From Candidatus Spongiisociaceae bacterium (GTDB lineage Bacteria > Actinomycetota > Acidimicrobiia > Spongiisociales > Spongiisociaceae): a stretch of DNA of 64,000 nucleotides. A program made the translations under genes and the position numbers. The notes beneath the pieces were generated by a model. That model worked only from the letters and a program-made list of their open reading frames with translations. It was not told the DNA's origin and made no database searches. Numbering within the stretch: position 1 is the first letter of the stretch; every line of letters starts with the position of its first letter. Shown here piece by piece: positions 57,946 to 64,000 of this stretch. The DNA lies in contig CBDCOH010000002.1 in NCBI GenBank assembly GCA_965219685.1, positions 3,264,001 to 3,328,000 on the forward strand. The letters run 5' to 3'.

Positions 57946-59016
57946 GTGGAATCCCCCCTCTGCCGGGCAGCTGCCCGCAACGGTTCATGGTCTCTGCGAG
58001 AAGGGCCGGGATCAAGACGTCGGTTGGCGGCAGGCCTGTTGGCGCTGACAGTGGCTCTTGCCGGTTCCGGAGCGCACGTATCGCCGGCAGGTGCCGACGA
58101 CGCGCCGGCACCGCCGTGCTCCGACCTGACGGTCGTGTTCGCCCGGGGCTCCGATCAGCCGCTGGCTACCAACACCGGTTCGGGAATGGCACAGGCCTAC
58201 TTCGATCATGTCGAGGCGCGCCTTGCGGGCTACTCACTGAACGAATACGAACTGGGGACCCGTGACTACGGGGGTTACCGTTATCGGGCCGTCGGTATCT
58301 CGGCGATCCTCGATCTGTATCGCTCCAACATCATCAGGATACTGGTGTCCCTGATCAGGCGGGTCTCCAGTCAGGACGCTGCCGGTTCCTCGTCCGGCAG
58401 CGCCACCGACCTGCTTGAGATCAACCTCCTGGGGGCAGTGGAGTACCGGGCGTCTGTTATCGAGGGTATGGGCGAGTTCATCACATACCTCGCGGATCGA
58501 AGAGCCAGATGTCCCGACGAGGTCTTCCTGGTCGGCGGGTACTCTCAGGGCGCCCAGGTCATCAGCCGCAGTCTGCCACTCCTCGCCGGGGATACCAGGG
58601 ATCGGATCGCCCACGTTGCCCTTTTCAGCGATCCGGCCCTCCACCTCCCGGAGGGGGAGAACCCAAGGTTCGTTGCAAACTGTGAACAGGGGATTCCGGT
58701 GACCGTGTCAGCCTGGAGACGGGGGAACGTCGGATGCTCGACCAGCAGCGGGATCCTGAATCTCGAACCGTTGAGGTTTCTCAACATAGGTCCTCACACG
58801 CCGTACGTACCGTCCGACATCGAGGCCCGGGTCGGGTCGTGGTGTGAACGGACGGATGGGGTCTGCACCGGCCGCGTTCTGGATCTGATTCTGGCCGTGC
58901 ATTTCGACACGGCGACTCGACGGTTCCACGTACCCATACATGGGGTGTATACGGACATGTACTTCGGTGAGGCGGCGGAGGAAGCCGTAGCCCACCTGGT
59001 GGAGTCTTTGGAGTAG
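57946..59016 (+). CDS. Secreted cutinase-family serine esterase
   Basis: Signal-like N-terminus, C.D..VVFARGS, CP...LVGGYSQGA, C...DGVC, H..Y. Confidence 0.85.
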   Translation: MESPLCRAAARNGSWSLREGPGSRRRLAAGLLALTVALAGSGAHVSPAGADDAPAPPCSDLTVVFARGSDQPLATNTGSGMAQAYFDHVEARLAGYSLNEYELGTRDYGGYRYRAVGISAILDLYRSNIIRILVSLIRRVSSQDAAGSSSGSATDLLEINLLGAVEYRASVIEGMGEFITYLADRRARCPDEVFLVGGYSQGAQVISRSLPLLAGDTRDRIAHVALFSDPALHLPEGENPRFVANCEQGIPVTVSAWRRGNVGCSTSSGILNLEPLRFLNIGPHTPYVPSDIEARVGSWCERTDGVCTGRVLDLILAVHFDTATRRFHVPIHGVYTDMYFGEAAEEAVAHLVESLE

Positions 59017-59023
59017 CGAGGGC

Positions 59024-60304
59024 TCATCCCCCGGCACCCGGACGGCGGAGCCGCCGCCCGTCATCCGGCTTGACCGGTTCCCCGTCCCTTCCCGTTGCAA
59101 GAGCCTCCAGCCAGTCGGCCCCTGGACTCACGATCTCGTCGCCCACCACCAGCAGTTTGGTGGTCTCGGGCCATTTGGGACCGGCACCCGTGAACAGGCA
59201 CACGACGGTCTCGTCGGCGGCGATGGCTCCATCCCTCGCCAACGCCCATGCGCCTGCGAGGGAGGCCGCCGAGGAGGGCTCGGGGCTCAGACCCATGGCG
59301 GCCGCGTAGCGGGTGGCTGCCACTATCTCCTCCTCCGACACGTCGATCGCCCGACCTCCCGACTCCCGGATGGCGCGTAGGGTCATGGGGCCCCCGGTCG
59401 GATCACCGATCGACAGGGCGATGGTCTCCGGATCGACTATGTAGGGAACGGTGTCCGAGCCGTCCCTGAAGGACCGGACGATCGGGTTGGCGGCCACCGG
59501 TTGGACTCCGTGCAGCTTGGGGATCGAGTCGGTCCAACCTAAGCGGGCCATCTCCCCGAAGGCCTTCCACGGCCCGTACAGGCCGTCCCCGGCCGCGATC
59601 GGGACGATGAAGTGGTCGGGTACCCGGCCGAGCGCAAGGGTGGCGTCGTAGGCCATGGTCTTGTAGCCCTCCATCCCATACGGCGTGGCCACCGGGTTGG
59701 GCGTCATGTAGGTGGAGGGGTACCAGCCGTGGTTGCGAACGAAACTCTCCAGCGGAGGCTGGCGCCTCATCTCGACGATCACGGTGGCGCCGAAGAGGCG
59801 CATCCACTGCCGCTGGACCACCGGCGCTCTGGGGTCGACCAGGATCACACAGCGGAGACCGCCCCTCGCCGCATAGGCCGCCGCGCTCATCCCGTGGTTC
59901 CCGGTGGTCGAGCAAGCGATCCGGTCGTAGCCGAGTTGGCGCGCCATCGACTGGGCGGACGAATGGAAACGGTCTTTGAACGAATAGGTCGGGTTGACGG
60001 TCTCGTTCTGGACCCACACACCGGACATCGGGTTCTCGGCGGACTCCGGTAAGCGGACCAGGGGAGTGCGTCCCTCGCCGAGGCTGATCACCGCGCTCTC
60101 GTCCGCGACCGGGAGCAACTCCCTGTACCGCCACATGGAGCGGTCGTCGCGCTTGCGCCACTCGTCGATGGAGACGCTGGCGGCCACCCGGTCCTCGTCG
60201 TAAACGGTCTCCAGAGCTCCGCCACAGCCACGGCACCCGAAGAAGTGGCCGCCCAGATCGGTCTCCAGCTGACACTCCACGCATCGCAGCCCTACAGCAA
60301 ACAT
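59024..60304 (-). CDS. Threonine synthase-like PLP enzyme
   Basis: N-terminal CxxC...CxxC, SMWRY, LGEG.TPL, NPTYSFKDR, STTGNHG, EGYKT, EPSSA. Confidence 0.88.
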   Translation of the reverse strand: MFAVGLRCVECQLETDLGGHFFGCRGCGGALETVYDEDRVAASVSIDEWRKRDDRSMWRYRELLPVADESAVISLGEGRTPLVRLPESAENPMSGVWVQNETVNPTYSFKDRFHSSAQSMARQLGYDRIACSTTGNHGMSAAAYAARGGLRCVILVDPRAPVVQRQWMRLFGATVIVEMRRQPPLESFVRNHGWYPSTYMTPNPVATPYGMEGYKTMAYDATLALGRVPDHFIVPIAAGDGLYGPWKAFGEMARLGWTDSIPKLHGVQPVAANPIVRSFRDGSDTVPYIVDPETIALSIGDPTGGPMTLRAIRESGGRAIDVSEEEIVAATRYAAAMGLSPEPSSAASLAGAWALARDGAIAADETVVCLFTGAGPKWPETTKLLVVGDEIVSPGADWLEALATGRDGEPVKPDDGRRLRRPGAGG

Positions 60305-60405
60305 GCCACCTCCGGATCGCCGGACCGAGCGTAGTGGGCGGCACGAGACCTACGCCGAGCCCCCTTCCATATACTCTCAGGATCCGGCCTGGAAGGAGAC
60401 CGCAG

Positions 60406-61560
60406 ATGCCCATAGGCGCCAGAGGACCGAACGAACATCTCATCGGGGTGCCGGGCTCTCGCCACGAGCTCGGGACTCCGTCGCTGGTCATCGACGTGGA
60501 CATCATGGACGCCAACATCGCGTCCCTCGCCGAGCACGCGGCGGCGCATGACTACGAGGTCCGTCCGGTGGGCAAGATCCACAAGTCGATCGAGATAACC
60601 CGGCGGCAGGTGGAAGCAGGCGGCCGCGGACCTTGCTGCGCCACCCTTGCCGAGGCCGAGGTCTTCGTGGATGCGGGCTTCAGCGACGTCATGCTGTTCA
60701 CCTCCGTGGTCAGCGGCCCGAAGCTGGACCGCGTAGCCGAGTTGAACAGCCGGGCTGAGGACCTCCTCGTGTGTGCCGACCAAGCCTCCAACGTCGTCCA
60801 ACTCGGCGAGGCCGCCCGACGGTCGGGGCGCCCGCTGAAGGTCCTGGTCGACCTGGAGACGGGCAGCTACCGGACCGGCGTGGTGGGCGAGGAAGCCGCC
60901 CTGGCCCTCGCCCGCCTGATCGTGGACACGGAGGGCCTCGAGTACGTAGGCCTGCAGGGATACACCGGCCATCACATGAACACGGTGGACTTCGAGGCCC
61001 GGCGCACGCGGGGGATCGAAGTCATCGAGCCGGTGGTGCGGGCGGTGGAGCGCCTGAGCAATGAGGGCCTCGAGCCCGAGATCGTTTCGGGCGGGGGGAC
61101 CGGTACCCACGACATCGACCATGAGGTGGGCGTGTTCACCGAGATCCAGGCCGGCACCTACGTCCTCATGGACACGAACTACTACGAGGTGGTGATGCGC
61201 CGCGACGAGCCGCATCCGTTCGGACCGGCCCTCTTCGTCCGGACCGTCGTGCTCAGCAGCTGCCAGCCGGAGTTCGCCATCACCGACGCCGGGATAAAGG
61301 AAGTCGACGTGATATTCGGGATCGACCATCCGGCGATCCTGCGCGGAGCGCCTCCAGGAGCCACCTACGAGGTGGCAGGGGACGACATGGGCAAGGTCAG
61401 ATTCGCCCGCCCCGGCGTTGACCGTCTCGAGGTCGGCGACATGGTGGAGATACTTCCGCCCCACTGCTATCAGACCACGGTTCTATACCGCTACTTCCAC
61501 GTCGTCAGCGGCGACACCCTGGTGGACATCTGGCCGGTCGACGCCTACGACAACTGGTAG
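60406..61560 (+). CDS. DSD1-family fold-III PLP enzyme (D-threonine/3-hydroxy-D-aspartate aldolase or D-serine dehydratase-like)
   Basis: TPSLVID, RPVGKIHKS, RTGV, GGGTGT, EIQAGTY..MD, DAGIK, PPHC; RBS AAGGAG. Confidence 0.88.
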   Translation: MPIGARGPNEHLIGVPGSRHELGTPSLVIDVDIMDANIASLAEHAAAHDYEVRPVGKIHKSIEITRRQVEAGGRGPCCATLAEAEVFVDAGFSDVMLFTSVVSGPKLDRVAELNSRAEDLLVCADQASNVVQLGEAARRSGRPLKVLVDLETGSYRTGVVGEEAALALARLIVDTEGLEYVGLQGYTGHHMNTVDFEARRTRGIEVIEPVVRAVERLSNEGLEPEIVSGGGTGTHDIDHEVGVFTEIQAGTYVLMDTNYYEVVMRRDEPHPFGPALFVRTVVLSSCQPEFAITDAGIKEVDVIFGIDHPAILRGAPPGATYEVAGDDMGKVRFARPGVDRLEVGDMVEILPPHCYQTTVLYRYFHVVSGDTLVDIWPVDAYDNW

Positions 61561-61573
61561 CAGGGGACCGGCA

Positions 61574-62746
61574 TTGACGTCCGGACAGGAGACGCCGCCG
61601 GATACCCGTCGGGGGATGCCGATCCTGGCGGTGGACGCGTATACCTCCCAAGAGTGGTTTGACTTGGAGCAGGAACGGATCTTCTCCCGTACCTGGGCTT
61701 TCGCAGGTTTGGCCGAGGACATCGGCGAACCGGGCCGGTACGTATCGGTCCAGGCCGGGCTGAACAACATCTTCATCGTCATGGGCCGGGACAGGCGCCT
61801 CCGGGCCTTTCACAACATCTGCCGCCACCGGGGGACCCAGTTGCTGCGGGCGGTGGGGAAGACCCAGCGGGCCATCGTGTGCCCGTACCACGATTGGACG
61901 TACGACCTGGAGGGCGCCCTCATATCGGTGCCGAGCCGGGAGGCCGAGTTCCCCGACCTGGACATGGCCTGCCTCGGGCTGAGGAAGGCTTCGGTCGATC
62001 GCTGGCGGGGGATGCTGTGGGTGCATCCCGACGAGGACGCGGGTTCGATCATGGACTGGTTCGGGGAGGTGGAACCCCACCTGGGTCCCCACGACGTGGA
62101 CGGGTTGATCGAGCCGAAGAAGTCTCGGGTCGAATACGAGGTCGCGGCCAACTGGAAGATCGTGGTCGAGAACTACATCGACGGCTACCACCTGTCTCAC
62201 CTGCACTCCGGTACGTTGGCGATGTACGACCACTCGCGCATCGAGTCGGGCTTCGTGGGCCCGCACTTTGCGTTCTGGGAGCCCCTCTCGGCCGACTATC
62301 TCCGGAACGTGGAGAGGAACGCGCCCTATCCGCTGGTCGTTCCGGCCGACCGGGCGGGAGCGTGGGTGCCGATGCTGTTCCCGGGTATCGGGCTGGGGGA
62401 GACCGAGAGTTCGTGGTCGGTGTTCCATGTGATCCCTTTGGCGCCCGACCGGACGCGGGTGGTTATCCGTTCCAAGGTCGCCGCTGTTCCCTCCGGGGCC
62501 TTCCTGTGGCAGTCCATCCGCTCATATGGATTCTGGAGGGGGCGGACCCGGGGCAAGTTCGAGGGTGACTCCTCCGATCCGATGGCCTCCGGCGACTTCA
62601 CGGCCGAGGACGTCTACGCCTGTGAACAGCAGCAGCGTTCCCTCAGGAGCCCGCACTTCCGGCATGGTCCCTCCTCGGTCTCGGGCGAGGCGGGAGTGCG
62701 GGGCCATCAGGAGTTGGTCCGAGAGTGGGTGGAAGGGAGCCGGTGA
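61574..62746 (+). CDS. Rieske non-heme iron oxygenase alpha subunit (choline monooxygenase/CntA-like group)
   Basis: CRHRG...CPYHDW, ANWKIVVENYIDGYH...LH, EDVYACE. Start is TTG 61574 or ATG 61616. Confidence 0.9.
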   Translation: MTSGQETPPDTRRGMPILAVDAYTSQEWFDLEQERIFSRTWAFAGLAEDIGEPGRYVSVQAGLNNIFIVMGRDRRLRAFHNICRHRGTQLLRAVGKTQRAIVCPYHDWTYDLEGALISVPSREAEFPDLDMACLGLRKASVDRWRGMLWVHPDEDAGSIMDWFGEVEPHLGPHDVDGLIEPKKSRVEYEVAANWKIVVENYIDGYHLSHLHSGTLAMYDHSRIESGFVGPHFAFWEPLSADYLRNVERNAPYPLVVPADRAGAWVPMLFPGIGLGETESSWSVFHVIPLAPDRTRVVIRSKVAAVPSGAFLWQSIRSYGFWRGRTRGKFEGDSSDPMASGDFTAEDVYACEQQQRSLRSPHFRHGPSSVSGEAGVRGHQELVREWVEGSR

Positions 62747-63801
62747 GGGACGGGTTCCACCGGCTCAGGGTTCTGGAGACCCGGGCCGAAACCAAAGACG
62801 CCACCAGCGTGGTCTTCGACGTGCCCCCGCCGCTCGCCGAGGCCTTCCGCTGGAGGCCCGGTCAACACCTCACCCTGCGGTTTCACCTGGAAGGCCGGGA
62901 GAGGCGCCGCCCCTACTCCATCTCGGAGTCCCCCTTCGGAGCCGACCCGCTGCGGATCACGGTCAAGCGGGTCCGGGAAGGACTCGTCTCCAACTACATC
63001 AACGATCACCTGGCGCCGGGCGACATCGTTGACGTGATGCCGCCGTTCGGTGGGTTCTGCCTGGATCCGGACCCCCGCAATCGACGTACCTACTATTTCT
63101 TCGGCGCCGGCAGCGGAATCACGCCGCTATACGCGATGATCTGTTCGGTCCTGGCCGCCGAACCGCACTCGGCTGCCCTCCTCGCCTACGGCAACAGCCA
63201 CCCCGGCAGCATCATCTTCCGAGACGCACTCGCCCGGCTGGAGGAGGGCTCGGGCGGGCGGCTGCGGGTGAGACACGTCCTGTCATCAACCCCACGTAAC
63301 TCGCGGTTCGGGCACTGGCGGCGCGGCCGGATAGACGCGCCGGCGGTGGCCGGGTTCATCGACCACCATCCCCCCTACGCCCAGGACACCCGGTACTACG
63401 TCTGCGGGCCTGGCGATATGAACCCGGCCGTCCGGGCGGCGCTGCTCGGCATCGACGTACCGGAAGAACGCATCCACACCGAAAGCTACGGGGCCACTGC
63501 TCCTCCCGACGACTCCGTCGCCGGGGTCGGCGCCGAGGTGACGGTGCATCTCCGCGGCGAGGTTCTGGAGGTGACAACCGCTCCCGGCCAGACAATCCTG
63601 AACGCGGTACGAGACGCCGGAGCTACGCCGCCGTACTCGTGCGAATCAGGCGTCTGCGGCGCGTGCCGAGCACGCCTTCACGCCGGCTCCGCGCATCTGC
63701 GCGCACGGATGGCGCTCACCGACGCCGAAATAGCCCGCGGTCTCGTACTCACCTGCCAGGCCCTTCCCACGACATCCCGACTCACTGTCGACTACGGCTG
63801 A
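62743..63801 (+). CDS. Ferredoxin-NAD(P)H reductase with C-terminal [2Fe-2S] (PaaE/KshB-like)
   Basis: RPYSI, GLVSN, GAGSGITP, VCGP, SCESGVCGAC...LTCQ. Confidence 0.93.
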   Translation: MRDGFHRLRVLETRAETKDATSVVFDVPPPLAEAFRWRPGQHLTLRFHLEGRERRRPYSISESPFGADPLRITVKRVREGLVSNYINDHLAPGDIVDVMPPFGGFCLDPDPRNRRTYYFFGAGSGITPLYAMICSVLAAEPHSAALLAYGNSHPGSIIFRDALARLEEGSGGRLRVRHVLSSTPRNSRFGHWRRGRIDAPAVAGFIDHHPPYAQDTRYYVCGPGDMNPAVRAALLGIDVPEERIHTESYGATAPPDDSVAGVGAEVTVHLRGEVLEVTTAPGQTILNAVRDAGATPPYSCESGVCGACRARLHAGSAHLRARMALTDAEIARGLVLTCQALPTTSRLTVDYG

Positions 63802-63843
63802 GACGCACCGACCCGGACCCCGTTGTGGCGCCGGACCGAAGGC

Positions 63844-64000
63844 TCAGGGCGATCCGGGAGGGCCGTAGCCGCCGCCTCCGGGAGTGGCGATCTCGAAGAT
63901 GTCGCCCGGACCGACCTCGGCCTGGGAGTTGCCGGCCATCTCCTCGATCCGGCCGTCCGAGCGGTAGATCCGGTTCCGGCCCACCGCGCCCGGCTCGCCG
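63844..64000 (-). CDS. 3' end of hydantoinase B/5-oxoprolinase family protein (partial)
   Basis: GEPGAVGRN...VGPGDIFEIATPGGGGYG..* is the typical C-terminus. Confidence 0.85.
   Translation of the reverse strand, partial: GEPGAVGRNRIYRSDGRIEEMAGNSQAEVGPGDIFEIATPGGGGYGPPGSP

Overview
This GC-rich bacterial window is probably from an actinobacterium of class Acidimicrobiia (inferred from gene content and the Thr/Ala-rich lipoprotein linker). It is a dense catabolic and scavenging region of about 55 genes. It holds two Opp/Dpp ABC importers (one with a frameshifted permease), three xanthine-oxidase-family Mo-hydroxylase operons with different active-site loops, two LLM oxidoreductases, a CYP255/GcoA-like P450 with a Rieske ferredoxin, two nitrilase-superfamily enzymes and several PLP/TPP enzymes. 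It also has a duplicated YbtPQ/IrtAB-like ABC pair flanking an orphan solute-binding protein, a His-rich CDF, a cutinase-family protein and a Rieske oxygenase/reductase pair. TA modules are one intact hipBA, an orphan higA with a higB remnant and a frameshifted RHH antitoxin. The most unusual features are the QE-motif P450 operon, two odd fusions (amidase-DUF2848 and dehydrogenase-DUF3320-like), and related stop-containing heptamer repeats that begin right after stop codons at three loci, two of them next to ORF-less promoter-like elements. I saw no rRNA, tRNA, CRISPR or intact transposase. All family calls come from motif recognition by eye; no searches were run.
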